Part shown: positions 1-9,797 of the stretch, in pieces
How positions within the stretch are numbered: position 1 is the stretch's first letter
Layout: the number at the start of each line of letters is the position of its first letter
NCBI GenBank assembly: GCA_964491605.1
Contig: CAZBGY010000006.1
Span: 3,869 to 67,868, forward strand
DNA from: an uncultured Candidatus Bathyarchaeia archaeon
GTDB lineage: Archaea > Thermoproteota > CALKCG01 > B24 > DRYS01
DNA: 64,000 nucleotides
Direction of reading: 5' to 3'
Translations under genes and position numbers: made by a program
Notes under the pieces: model-generated
Database searches by the model: none
The model's input: only the letters and a program-made list of their open reading frames with translations
What the model was told of the DNA's origin: nothing

Positions 1-1011
1 TATACAGCCTAATACGGATAGAGGGTCACTGAAATCAGGTTTAAACATGGATGCAAACTCATCGCCTACTATCGAATAGTACATCTCAGGTTTGACTTCC
101 ATATCTTTGATGATGGATAAAGCATACATGGTTGATCTATGCATCCTTATAGTGAAGATTATCCTATCCGCAAGTTTCGATGGAATCGATGATAGATATG
201 GTTTTACCTCCTCCTCAGATATATCCTCCCATCTAGGCTCATAATATCTACGTCCAAGCTTTAAAGCTAATCCTACCGGGATCCTCACTTCATCTAGAAG
301 AATTCTTAACGCTTCATCGATCTCCGCTTGCCTAACCGGGTGGATGGATAATATCCTACGCCTTATACCTGAATCCGCTAGGATTAATATAAAGCCTCTA
401 TCCGGAAGCTCCTCTACGTTATATGGTGGTCTAGTATCTAGTTTCAGTATACCGCCGTATGATGAGCTGTACTGATCAAGCCTGCCACACGGTATATTCA
501 TAACGTCGTGTTCAGCGGTATACGCTATCTCAGCTATATCCCTCTTCGAAAGCTGAAGTCCATAGAGTTCTGATATGAGTTTAGTTATCGAAACTTCTAG
601 AGCGGCACTGCTTGATAGACCTGAACCTATAGGTACATAGCTCAGTAAAGCTATATGTAATCCATCGATCCTTACATCTCTATCCATAAAGGTTTTGACT
701 ACGGCTCTCGCATAATCACCGAACCATCCACCCCCTCTAAGCTCTAACCTATCTAGGCATACCTCATCTACGTAATCCACACCTTCTTCGAATAGGTTAA
801 CCGAAATAGTACGGAGTACTCCATCCCTAGATCTATAGCCGAGCGTGTAGCATCTAAGCTCGATAGCGATGGGGACAACTGGTAGACCCTTATAATCTTG
901 ATGTGTATTCAGGAAGTCAGCTCTACCTGGAGCTGAAGCAATCACTACTTCGACATCTCCCGGCGGTCTTAGGAATTCCATAAGTTTAGATGATAACTCG
1001 TTAATGTTCAT
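1..1011 (-). CDS. Galactokinase-family GHMP sugar kinase, partial (C-terminus runs off the window start)
   Basis: Reverse-strand translation from the ATG at 1011 gives MNINELSSKLMEFLRPPGDVEVVIASAPGRADFLNTHQDY. This matches the galactokinase signature GRxNLIGEHxDY. A GHMP ATP-binding motif GLSSSAALEV follows downstream. Confidence 0.78.
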   Translation of the reverse strand, partial: MNINELSSKLMEFLRPPGDVEVVIASAPGRADFLNTHQDYKGLPVVPIAIELRCYTLGYRSRDGVLRTISVNLFEEGVDYVDEVCLDRLELRGGGWFGDYARAVVKTFMDRDVRIDGLHIALLSYVPIGSGLSSSAALEVSITKLISELYGLQLSKRDIAEIAYTAEHDVMNIPCGRLDQYSSSYGGILKLDTRPPYNVEELPDRGFILILADSGIRRRILSIHPVRQAEIDEALRILLDEVRIPVGLALKLGRRYYEPRWEDISEEEVKPYLSSIPSKLADRIIFTIRMHRSTMYALSIIKDMEVKPEMYYSIVGDEFASMFKPDFSDPLSVLGCI

Positions 1012-1052
1012 ACCTAAATAGTGATTTATTATTCTATGAAGAGTAGATTATG

Positions 1053-2555
1053 CTATTTTCTAGATACACGCTCCCAGATGGGGGGTATCCTACTCTGAGA
1101 TTCCGGACCCAGTATTATAGGCTCTACACCAGCCATTTCGCATAGGTAAACTAGTGCGCGTAGATGGTTGCCTGCTACGGCTAGTATATGGTTTGATGGA
1201 AATATGTTTACGAATTCTTCGAAACTACAATATAATTTGGCATGAACATGAGGCCATGTTGGATTAGTCTCCTCGTTTATAGCTCTTCTCTCCTCTGGTG
1301 GGAGCTCTACTGCTTCGCCTAACGTTATCACCATGTAAAGTTTATCGTCCCATAACCCTAGGCGTGCAAACGTTAATGGCCCTGGAGCTGCGTCGAACTC
1401 TACGGAGGCTCCTCCTGCTTTGAAGTAGAATTCTAAGGCGGGATGGAAGGTTATCTTCTTGAAGTTCTCCCTAGGGTCGAAGCTTCTAGAAGCATACCAG
1501 CTTGAATGGTTGCCGGAGTTGCAGAAATCCCATATATCCTTATCGGGATGGTAGAGCCTTACATCCATGAACAGAACTGGAAGGCCTCCACTTATATACT
1601 TCAATATCTGCATGGTTAAAGCTGCTAGAGCATCAGCTTCTGTAGCGCATACCATGGGCTCCTTAGGGCCATTCCAATCATATGGATCGTTCATGAGCAT
1701 TTCAGCTACATCCGTTATACATACATGCTCTGATAGCTCCCTCTGACCTTTTATACCACAGAAGTCGAATCCAACCTCCTCGTTAATAATCTTCATAGCT
1801 AGATACAATCTCACCTGTTTCTCAAGGCTTTCTGGTGTAAGCATTTTCCCATCATACTTTATGCGATCCCCTAGGAGTTCTTCAAGCCATTTCATCCCCT
1901 TCCTAACTTCATTTTCGTTAACTTCCCACATTCTTTTAACTAATAGGAATTGATCTATATGGTATAGGGTTACACCGAAAGTTTTCTGTATCGGAACTAG
2001 GTGGAAGTATCCTGTCTCCATACCCATAGAATGGCCTCCATAGAGTCCGTAGACCTCCCCTCGGAGATTCGTGTATGCTTGAGCTGCTCTGACCCAATCT
2101 ATGACTCTAGATTGAATCTCGGGATCATCTATATCTCCGACTATACGATGAGTCTTCACACCAGCCTGCCTTAAAGCTCCATCTGTAGCTAGTAAGCCGA
2201 CGTTACCCGGATATTTACCGCTATTATTGGATAAACATAGGATAGGCTTATCTTTACCGACTGTATTTATGAAGGGCCATACAAGGTATGGGAAATTCCA
2301 TACGTAGAAGCATAGTATTATCTGCTTACAATTCGCTTTAACAAGCTCCTCTCCTACTTCACGTGCGGTTCTTATAGATGTTATAGTCTTTGAACCTACT
2401 ACAACTTTGGGTGTGGTGCCATCTATATTCCTAGCTTTACTACTTATTATCTCAGCCCATCTATGGACGACTTCCATGCATTCTTCCTCGTTAACCTTGT
2501 ATACATGTTCTCGTTCATCGTTTATCAGAGCGATACCTATAGGAGTAGTTTTCAA
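1053..2555 (-). CDS. L-arabinose/L-fucose isomerase family protein (COG2407-like)
   Basis: 500 aa, the size of AraA. Conserved central GGHSMGMETGYFH block typical of the FucI/AraA family. Adjacent to a sugar kinase. Confidence 0.65.
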   Translation of the reverse strand: MKTTPIGIALINDEREHVYKVNEEECMEVVHRWAEIISSKARNIDGTTPKVVVGSKTITSIRTAREVGEELVKANCKQIILCFYVWNFPYLVWPFINTVGKDKPILCLSNNSGKYPGNVGLLATDGALRQAGVKTHRIVGDIDDPEIQSRVIDWVRAAQAYTNLRGEVYGLYGGHSMGMETGYFHLVPIQKTFGVTLYHIDQFLLVKRMWEVNENEVRKGMKWLEELLGDRIKYDGKMLTPESLEKQVRLYLAMKIINEEVGFDFCGIKGQRELSEHVCITDVAEMLMNDPYDWNGPKEPMVCATEADALAALTMQILKYISGGLPVLFMDVRLYHPDKDIWDFCNSGNHSSWYASRSFDPRENFKKITFHPALEFYFKAGGASVEFDAAPGPLTFARLGLWDDKLYMVITLGEAVELPPEERRAINEETNPTWPHVHAKLYCSFEEFVNIFPSNHILAVAGNHLRALVYLCEMAGVEPIILGPESQSRIPPIWERVSRK

Positions 2556-2636
2556 AGCTAGACACCATCATAGGATTTCGGTGGGAGGTAAGAAAAATCT
2601 TCTGGTCATTCGTGTTCAAATCGACGATGATCCTGT

Positions 2637-3278
2637 CTATGTAATAATGCTGTATAAGCTACGCCAATTATCGGCGATTATGGAAGCGTAACGATAATCG
2701 TCGATCTTGAATCTAGGTCTCAATATACCTATACGTGTAGGTATACATAGATCCCGGTATATATCGAAGAATATGGGATTATCATCAACTATTATCTCGA
2801 CATAGTATCTATCGATGATCTCTTCTAGGAGTATGCGTCGCACACCTTCCGGGTTCTCTAGATACTGTTTTAGATCCGGTGCCATGTAGAGTGATCCAGG
2901 ATCCACTGGGAATCCCATGAACCTAAGCTCTTCTGCGGTCGCAGACTCCATGTTAACCGTTCTACCGGTAAGATATATTATCCTGTAGCGACGAGACCAT
3001 GAAGATACCACCTCTACGGCGTAAGGTTGAGGTTTATCCAGCTTTAGAAGTTTGAAGCCTTCCGGTTCATAGCATAGAAGTATAGACCAGAATTTCAGGT
3101 ATACAGACTGGTAGTTTAAGCCTCCGTAACGTTTAGCTATACTGCTCGATCCATGCATCTCTAGCTCTTCTAGAGGTATCTCTAAGCCTAGTACTATACG
3201 CCATGCAGCTTGCCTTCTAGCAGAGGTATCCACTATAGTCTCATCTATATCTAGGACGACAGCTCTCTCTAACTGCAT
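2637..3278 (-). CDS. HAD-superfamily hydrolase
   Basis: N-terminal VLDIDETIVDT matches the DxDxT HAD motif I. 213 aa. Confidence 0.7.
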   Translation of the reverse strand: MQLERAVVLDIDETIVDTSARRQAAWRIVLGLEIPLEELEMHGSSSIAKRYGGLNYQSVYLKFWSILLCYEPEGFKLLKLDKPQPYAVEVVSSWSRRYRIIYLTGRTVNMESATAEELRFMGFPVDPGSLYMAPDLKQYLENPEGVRRILLEEIIDRYYVEIIVDDNPIFFDIYRDLCIPTRIGILRPRFKIDDYRYASIIADNWRSLYSIIT

Positions 3279-3370
3279 ACAGTTTATACCTCTGTATAGA
3301 GCTACTTTAGGACATAGATTTGAAGGATAAACTTCTTTTAAGTGTTACCTCCATCTATTAGGGATTAGGA

Positions 3371-4531
3371 GTGAGTCGTATGGAGGCTACACTTATCGAA
3401 ACGCCTCTAGGTATACTACTACTGGATGAGGAAGGTAGATTTATCGATGGTGAGAAGTTCCGGGATCTAGAGGAAGCTGTAGATAAACTTAAATGTATAT
3501 TTCGAGGAGAAATCGTAGATGAACTTGAAAGGCTTCTCGATAGATGGAAGGATAAGGTAAGTATATTAAAGGTTTCGTCGGATGATATAGCTTCCAAGCT
3601 GAGGGAGAGATTCAAGTTTAGTGTGGTGGTAGAGAAAGCTAGCTCTGTATGGAAGATGTATGCTAGAAAGCCTATTGATATGCTCAGAGAAGCTGGTTGG
3701 ATTAAAGATTCTAGAGAGTATGTGGAAGCTAAAAGGAGGGTTGGATTGTTACTCGCGGAGAGATCGATCTCCGAAGCTCTAGCATCAAGAGATCTCCTGA
3801 TAATACAATGTGTATCTGCTATCGATGATCTAGCAGAGGTAATAAACATATTTTGGAGTAGACTTAGAGAATGGTATGGGCTACACTTTCCGGAACTCGA
3901 GAGGATAGTAGACGACGTCGAGGTGTATACGAAGCTTGTATATGGTATCGGGAGTAGGACCAACTTCGTTGAAGAGAAACTGTCTGGATTTAAAATCCCT
4001 AGATCTAAAGTTACGGATGTAGTAGAAGCTGCTAGAAACTCTGTAGGTGGGGAGATGGATGAGAAGGATTTAAAGCAGATAAAGGAACTAGCATATATTA
4101 TACTTCAACTTATAGCTCTCAGAGGAAGGTTGATAGATTATCTTGAGGATTGTATACGTAAAGAAGCTCCGAATTTAACAGGTTTGGTCGGCCCTATTAT
4201 CGGCGCTAAACTCATAGCTAAAGCTGGAGGTTTGGAAAAGCTTGCGAAGATGCCTGCTAGTACGATACAGGTTTTAGGAGCGGAGAAAGCGTTATTCAGA
4301 GCGATTAGGAGCGGTGGGAAACCTCCTAAGCATGGGATAATATTTCAGCATACGTTAATCCATCAGGCTCCTAGAAAGATGCGTGGTAAAATCGCAAGAG
4401 CTCTCGCAGCTAAGCTAGCTATAGCTGCGAGGATAGACTACTATACGAAGGAGGATATAAGCGAGAAGCTTAGTGAGGAGTTAGCTGAAAGGATAAAGGA
4501 GATTAGATCGACGTATATAGAGAAGGGCTAG
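3371..4531 (+). CDS. nop5: C/D box snoRNP protein Nop5 (Nop56/58)
   Basis: Contains ETPLGILLLDEEG at the N-terminus and the Nop domain GLHFPELERIVDD...NLTGLVGPIIGAKLIAKAGGLEKLAKMPASTIQVLGAEKALF. Immediately upstream of fibrillarin, the usual operon arrangement. The start could be the GTG at 3371 or the ATG at 3380. Confidence 0.92.
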   Translation: MSRMEATLIETPLGILLLDEEGRFIDGEKFRDLEEAVDKLKCIFRGEIVDELERLLDRWKDKVSILKVSSDDIASKLRERFKFSVVVEKASSVWKMYARKPIDMLREAGWIKDSREYVEAKRRVGLLLAERSISEALASRDLLIIQCVSAIDDLAEVINIFWSRLREWYGLHFPELERIVDDVEVYTKLVYGIGSRTNFVEEKLSGFKIPRSKVTDVVEAARNSVGGEMDEKDLKQIKELAYIILQLIALRGRLIDYLEDCIRKEAPNLTGLVGPIIGAKLIAKAGGLEKLAKMPASTIQVLGAEKALFRAIRSGGKPPKHGIIFQHTLIHQAPRKMRGKIARALAAKLAIAARIDYYTKEDISEKLSEELAERIKEIRSTYIEKG

Positions 4532-4604
4532 ATGGTAGAGTTAGGTGTGGAAGATAATGTTTAAACGTTGAGCTATCTATAATCTTAGGTAGCGGGAAGA
4601 GCTT

Positions 4605-5297
4605 ATGGTGAGAGTCGAGCCTTTAAAGGATATAGAGGGTGTTTATAGGATTCAAGGGTTGAAACCAGCTAGGATAGCTACACGTAATCTTACACCCGGA
4701 AGGCAGGTTTACGGTGAGAAGCTTATAGTATATGGAGAAGCAGAATATAGAGTTTGGGATCCGTATAGGAGTAAACTTTCAGCTGCTATATTGAAGGGGC
4801 TTAACAAGCTACCTATAGGTAGAGGATGTAGGATTCTCTATCTAGGTGCAGCTACCGGAACGACGTCGAGCCATGTATCTGATATAGTTGGTGAAGAAGG
4901 GGTCGTATACTGCGTAGAGTTTTCAGCTAGAGCGCTCAGAGAGCTTGTGATGAATGTAGCTAGATATCGGAGGAATATGATACCTATCTTAACAGATGCT
5001 CGTCTACCTGAGGGATACCGTTTTATAGTAGATGAGGTTGATGCTATATACTGCGATATAGCTCAACCAGAGCAAGCTAGAGTGTTAGCGGATAACGCTG
5101 AATTCTATCTTAGGGAAGGCGGGTTTGCGCTCTTAGCAGTTAAAGCTAGGAGTATAGATGTGAAGAAGACCCCTAAGGAGATATATGAGAGGGAGGTTAG
5201 CGTTCTTAAGGAAAGGGGGTTTAAGATACGTAACATTATAAATATAGAGCCATATCATAAAGACCATGTTATGGTGTATGCTATTTACAGACCTTGA
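4605..5297 (+). CDS. flpA: Fibrillarin, rRNA/tRNA 2'-O-methyltransferase
   Basis: 230 aa with YRVWDPYRSKLSAAILKG...ILYLGAATGTTSSHVSDIV, the SAM-binding MTase fold. Canonical partner of Nop5. Confidence 0.93.
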   Translation: MVRVEPLKDIEGVYRIQGLKPARIATRNLTPGRQVYGEKLIVYGEAEYRVWDPYRSKLSAAILKGLNKLPIGRGCRILYLGAATGTTSSHVSDIVGEEGVVYCVEFSARALRELVMNVARYRRNMIPILTDARLPEGYRFIVDEVDAIYCDIAQPEQARVLADNAEFYLREGGFALLAVKARSIDVKKTPKEIYEREVSVLKERGFKIRNIINIEPYHKDHVMVYAIYRP

Positions 5298-6499
5298 TAT
5301 ACCCCCATCTTGGATATCCTGTAGTAGAAATCGTGGAGGGGAGCGTTAGGTTAATCATACCAGAGGCGTCTTTAAAGAGTAATGTACCTCCTAAGACTCC
5401 GGTATTCTATAACCCTGTGATGGCGAGGAGCCGTGATATCGGGGTGCTGTTTGTTGAAGCTTATGAAGGTCTACCGAAGAAGGGAGCGAATGTATGCGAT
5501 GCGTTAGCAGGATCAGGTGTGAGAGGGCTTAGATACCTTATAGAAACCTCCAGGATTGATCATCTCGTTTCGAACGATATAAGCAGGGAAGCTGTAAAGT
5601 TCATCTCTATCAATGCCGATATAAATGGTGTAAAGGATAGGGTGACTATAGAGAATAGGGATGCGAATAGCTTGTTAGCGGATTACGCTTCTAAGGGGGA
5701 GCGATTCTATGTGGTGGATATAGACCCGTTCGGTTCACCCGTGGGGTATATACATAACGCTATTATGGCTGTACGTGGGGGAGGGGTTCTAGCAACTACA
5801 GCTACTGATACAGCACCGCTCTCAGGGGTTTACCCCAAAACCTGTCTTAGAAGGTATGGTGCTAGATCTTTGAAGACGGAGTTCTACCATGAAGTTGGGT
5901 TGAGGATATTGATAGGCTACATAGCGAGAGTAGGGTTAACATATGATCTAGGGGTGGAGAATCTTTTAGCTTATAGGGAAATACACTATTTCAGATGTTA
6001 TATGAAGGTAGAACCTGGTGTTCGGAGAGCTGAGAGGACGCTGAGTGATATAGGGTTCATAGGGTATTGTAGGAAGTGTATGTATAGGATGTCCGCGTCT
6101 CTAATAGATATAGCTGAGGATAGCCTGTACACTGTTGCATGTCCTTTATGCGATTCCGCTCTGAGCTTTATAGGTCCTCTATGGATTGGGAAGCTAGCTG
6201 AGCCAAGCTTATGTATAAGGATGATCGAAGAGGCTGAGCGGATAAGTATAACTGATAAGGGCTATGCTGATAGGCTTCTATCTATTCTGGCATCCGAAGC
6301 ATCGATGCCTCCGACATACTATACTGTCGATCAAATCTCTTCGAAGCTTAAAGTAAAAACACCAAGTCTTGAGAAGATTAAAGGTATAATCAGTGGGGAA
6401 GGCTATAGATTCTCCAGAACACATTTTGATCCTAAAGGGTTTAAAACAGATATGGAATCATCATATCTGATAGAGTTATTGAGGAGACGATTAGAGTAA
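5294..6499 (+). CDS. trm1: tRNA (guanine26-N2)-dimethyltransferase Trm1
   Basis: N-terminal VVEIVEGSVRLIIPE and DALAGSGVRGLRY are Trm1-like. TTG start overlaps the fibrillarin stop. A C-terminal Cys cluster is present. Confidence 0.88.
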   Translation: MIYPHLGYPVVEIVEGSVRLIIPEASLKSNVPPKTPVFYNPVMARSRDIGVLFVEAYEGLPKKGANVCDALAGSGVRGLRYLIETSRIDHLVSNDISREAVKFISINADINGVKDRVTIENRDANSLLADYASKGERFYVVDIDPFGSPVGYIHNAIMAVRGGGVLATTATDTAPLSGVYPKTCLRRYGARSLKTEFYHEVGLRILIGYIARVGLTYDLGVENLLAYREIHYFRCYMKVEPGVRRAERTLSDIGFIGYCRKCMYRMSASLIDIAEDSLYTVACPLCDSALSFIGPLWIGKLAEPSLCIRMIEEAERISITDKGYADRLLSILASEASMPPTYYTVDQISSKLKVKTPSLEKIKGIISGEGYRFSRTHFDPKGFKTDMESSYLIELLRRRLE

Positions 6500-6527
6500 C
6501 TTATCGAAGGGTATATTTACGCCTTCT

Positions 6528-6890
6528 TCAGCTACCTCCTAGTTTCTGATCGAGTACCCACTTCTCTAGAAGCTGGCATTTTAGATGTGATGTATCCCCT
6601 CCGATACCGCATAGAGAGTTTTTCTCGCATAATATGCACGGTGCAGATCCTATGGATAGATAGCCGGATTCATCGTCGGTTACCAGAAGTCTATACGTCC
6701 ATCTACTTGAATGTAATATGCGCTCTCTATGCACCAATCCCTTCCTCTCTAAACTTGATATGATCTTCGCTCCCTCTTTACTCGATACCCCCAGCTTCTT
6801 ACATAAATCACTTTGAAGTATCCCATCTTTTGAATTCCTTATTATCTCCAAAGCCTTCTCCTCAAGAGATTCCCTGCCCTTCTTAGCCAT
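6528..6890 (-). CDS. Small winged-helix DNA-binding protein with a C-terminal Cys-rich motif (putative transcriptional regulator)
   Basis: 120 aa. The N-terminal region reads as a winged helix. A C-x2-C-x5-C-x10-C cluster lies at the C-terminus. Family not recognised. Confidence 0.4.
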   Translation of the reverse strand: MAKKGRESLEEKALEIIRNSKDGILQSDLCKKLGVSSKEGAKIISSLERKGLVHRERILHSSRWTYRLLVTDDESGYLSIGSAPCILCEKNSLCGIGGDTSHLKCQLLEKWVLDQKLGGS

Positions 6891-7022
6891 CCTCCTATCT
6901 GTATGTGATTATTTAGTAGATCCTAGATAAACATTACATATTTAGCGTTAATGTCGCTTATATATCTCTTTCGAAGTAATCTTTAAAGAGGCTGCCGCTA
7001 CCTTTTATTCTAGGTTAAAGCT

Positions 7023-7415
7023 TTGAGCGAGCCGGTGGATGTCGAGCTCGAAAATATAAAGAAACGTATGCTAGCTAAGCTTCAGAGGAAACTTTCATCG
7101 AGCGAGAGCAAGCAGTATAGACATGAGTTAGATCCAGAGAAATATGTGGAAAGTAATCTTGAAGGTAAAGCCGTAGAGATATTTGAGTATTTCAGGCAGC
7201 AGTATCCAGATAAAGTGTATAGGGCTGTAGTTGAAGCGTTAGCTAAAGCCATGATGAATGGAATCATACCTAAACCCCTCGATGCTATAACCCTATACAC
7301 TATACTGTCGAATCTAGGTCTGAAGGTGAGGGTTCCCAGTAGGATCTATGTAGTTAAGAGGGGTGAAATAAAGGATTTCTCCGAGTATCTTAAGGAGAAG
7401 TTATCCGAGGAGTAA
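7023..7415 (+). CDS. PDCD5/TFAR19-like double-stranded DNA-binding protein
   Basis: N-terminal ELENIKKRMLAKLQRK resembles the PDCD5 N-terminus (EELEALRRQRLAELQ). About 130 aa. Uses a TTG start. Confidence 0.5.
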   Translation: MSEPVDVELENIKKRMLAKLQRKLSSSESKQYRHELDPEKYVESNLEGKAVEIFEYFRQQYPDKVYRAVVEALAKAMMNGIIPKPLDAITLYTILSNLGLKVRVPSRIYVVKRGEIKDFSEYLKEKLSEE

Positions 7416-7516
7416 GAAATATGGGGAGTTAAAGTATGCTCAAACATAGATAATATTTAAATGAGTGTTCCGCAAATCTCTATACTGCTAATTAAGATTT
7501 ACGGAGTAGTTTAGGT

Positions 7517-8764
7517 ATGGCTGCTGAAAAATCCTCAAAGGCTGTGAGGAGGGTAGTATTAGCCTTCTCAGGCGGGTTAGATACATCCGTAGCTGCTGTA
7601 TGGCTTAGAGAAAAGTATGGGGCAGAAGTTATAACGGTAACAGTAGATGTAGGTCAAAACGAAGATTTCGGAGATATAGAAGCGAGAGCAGAGAAGCTTG
7701 GCGTAGTTAAGCATTACACGCTAGATTGTAAGAAAGAGTTCGTCGAAGGATACGTGTTTAAAGCTATTAAAGCGAACGGATTATACCAGGGGGAATACCC
7801 TCTGAGTAGTGCTTTATCAAGACCATTGATCGCATCTAAATGCGTCCATATAGCTTTAAAAGAAGGTGCGGATGCAATCGCTCATGGATGTACCGGTAAA
7901 GGTAATGATCAATTAAGATTCGAGGTTACGATAAAATCTCTAGCGCCAAATATCGAGATCTTAGCCCCGGTGAGGGAATGGGGGTTTAATAGGGATTGGG
8001 AGATAGACTATGCGTTAAAGCACGGCATACCTATAAAGCCTAAGAGGGAGAAGTATAGCATAGATGTGAATCTATGGGGTAGATCGATCGAGTGCGGTCC
8101 ATTGGAGGATATATCATCTAATCCTCCTGAAGATGCGTTTGAATGGACTAATCCTCCGTGGAAAGCTCCGGATAATCCTGAAGAGATTTCTATAAGGTTT
8201 GAGGGTGGCGTACCAGTAGCTATAAACGGGGAGAAGATGGATGGAGTGAAGCTGATATCATTCTTAAATAGCCTAGCAGGATTGCATGGTATCGGGCGTA
8301 TCGATCATATAGAGGAGAGGACTGTAGGTATAAAGACGCGTGAAGTTTACGAAGCTCCAGCGGCTACTTGTATACTTAAAGCGCATAAAGATCTGGAGAA
8401 GCTTGTACTAACAGGTCGAGAATTAAGGTTTAAGGAGTTTGTAGATGTGGAGTGGAGTAGCCTGGTGTATACGGGTTTATGGATGGAGCCTCTGAGAGAA
8501 GCTTTAGATGCATTCATAGATGTAGTCGAGGAGAGGGTTTGCGGGGAGGTTACTCTCAGGGTTTATAAGGGTTCTCTAACGATCCTGTCAAGGAGATCAG
8601 AATACAGCTTGTATGATGAAGAGCTTGCAAGCTATAGTGGTAGTAGTACGTTCGATCAGAGATGGGCTGAAGGATTTGTAACGATATGGGGGCTACCTAC
8701 GGTTCTCGCACGTAGGATCTACCCGAAAAAGATATCTGATAGGTGTATATATGGTGGTGAGTAG
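7517..8764 (+). CDS. argG: Argininosuccinate synthase
   Basis: VVLAFSGGLDTSVAAVWLREKYGAEVITVTVDVGQ is the PP-loop SGGLDTS motif. 415 aa, co-linear with ArgG. Confidence 0.95.
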   Translation: MAAEKSSKAVRRVVLAFSGGLDTSVAAVWLREKYGAEVITVTVDVGQNEDFGDIEARAEKLGVVKHYTLDCKKEFVEGYVFKAIKANGLYQGEYPLSSALSRPLIASKCVHIALKEGADAIAHGCTGKGNDQLRFEVTIKSLAPNIEILAPVREWGFNRDWEIDYALKHGIPIKPKREKYSIDVNLWGRSIECGPLEDISSNPPEDAFEWTNPPWKAPDNPEEISIRFEGGVPVAINGEKMDGVKLISFLNSLAGLHGIGRIDHIEERTVGIKTREVYEAPAATCILKAHKDLEKLVLTGRELRFKEFVDVEWSSLVYTGLWMEPLREALDAFIDVVEERVCGEVTLRVYKGSLTILSRRSEYSLYDEELASYSGSSTFDQRWAEGFVTIWGLPTVLARRIYPKKISDRCIYGGE

Positions 8765-8767
8765 GTT

Positions 8768-8941
8768 ATGCAAGTTAAATGTCCGGAATGTGATGGAGAT
8801 ATACCGGTACCCGAAGATGTGATTCCAGGAGAAATAGTTCCGTGTCCAGATTGCGGCTCTGAGTTTGAAGTATACCTGAATGATGAAGGGGGTATAGAGC
8901 TTAAACCTGTAGAGATAGAAGGTGAAGATTGGGGAGAATAG
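8768..8941 (+). CDS. lysW: Amino-group carrier protein LysW/ArgW (missing from the ORF track, 57 aa)
   Basis: Hand translation gives MQVKCPECDGDIPVPEDVIPGEIVPCPDCGSEFEVYLNDEGGIELKPVEIEGEDWGE. This has an N-terminal Zn-ribbon (CPEC...CPDC) and the acidic C-terminal EDWGE tail that defines LysW. It is translationally coupled to argG and sits before lysZ and lysK. Confidence 0.85.
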   Translation: MQVKCPECDGDIPVPEDVIPGEIVPCPDCGSEFEVYLNDEGGIELKPVEIEGEDWGE

Positions 8942-8968
8942 AGTTAGCATGGAGGTTAGTAGGGTAGT

Positions 8969-9778
8969 TTGAAGATCGTAGTGAAGATAGGTGGAAGCCT
9001 GTTAGCTGAAGGGGTTGAAGAGACTGAACTAGCTTCCGATATAGAGCGTATAGCATCCAGCCATAACTTAGTTATAGTTCATGGAGGGGGTAAGGATGTT
9101 ACACGTATATGTGAACGTATAGGAAAGAAGCCTATTTTCGTAACGTCACCTGAAGGCTTCAGGAGTAGATATACAGATCTCGAGACTTTAGAGATATATG
9201 TTATGGTGATGGCGGGGAAGGTTAACAAAGAGCTTGTAGCATACTTAAGGAGGAGAGGGTTGAATGCTATAGGGCTTTCTGGGGTTGATGCAGGGATATT
9301 GAAAGCTGAGAGGAAGAAGAAGCTGGTGATAATTGATGAGAGAGGACGTAAAAGAATTATAGAAGGTGGGTATACCGGGAAGATAACCTCCGTTAATACT
9401 AAGCTTCTAGAGGATTTACTCGAATTAGGTTACTTACCTGTGGTAGCCCCTATAGCTCTAGGAACAGAAGGTGAGATGCTTAACGTAGATGGAGATAGAG
9501 CTGCAGCATACATAGCTGGGGCTATGAAGGCAGATGTACTTATACTCACAACAGATGTAGATGCGCTCTACGTTAAAGGTAAACCTATACCTAAGTTAAG
9601 TTTAGATGAAGCCAGGAAGATCCTCAAAGATATAGGTCCAGGTATGATAACGAAGATCTACGCTTCTACGGAGGCATTAACGATGGGTGTCAAAAAGGTG
9701 TGTATATGTTCAGGTAGGGGTGAATCTCCGCTTATAAAAGCCTTAGAAGGAGTAGCTGGGACTACGATAGAACGGTAG
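8969..9778 (+). CDS. lysZ: [LysW]-aminoadipate/glutamate kinase (acetylglutamate kinase family)
   Basis: MKIVVKIGGSLL...VIVHGGGKDV is the amino-acid kinase fold, ArgB/LysZ-like. TTG start with a GGAGG about 15 nt upstream. Confidence 0.85.
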   Translation: MKIVVKIGGSLLAEGVEETELASDIERIASSHNLVIVHGGGKDVTRICERIGKKPIFVTSPEGFRSRYTDLETLEIYVMVMAGKVNKELVAYLRRRGLNAIGLSGVDAGILKAERKKKLVIIDERGRKRIIEGGYTGKITSVNTKLLEDLLELGYLPVVAPIALGTEGEMLNVDGDRAAAYIAGAMKADVLILTTDVDALYVKGKPIPKLSLDEARKILKDIGPGMITKIYASTEALTMGVKKVCICSGRGESPLIKALEGVAGTTIER

Positions 9779-9797
9779 ATCGCCAGATTGAAGGGAT

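Noticed and set aside
2407-2691. 94-aa plus-strand ORF spanning the isomerase N-terminus and the HAD gene C-terminus
   Set aside because: Overlaps two well-supported reverse-strand genes. The hydrophobic product looks artefactual.
3358-3963. 201-aa ORF antisense to nop5 (S-rich translation)
   Set aside because: Lies entirely within the well-supported Nop5 CDS on the opposite strand and has a low-complexity S/L-rich product. Typical shadow ORF.
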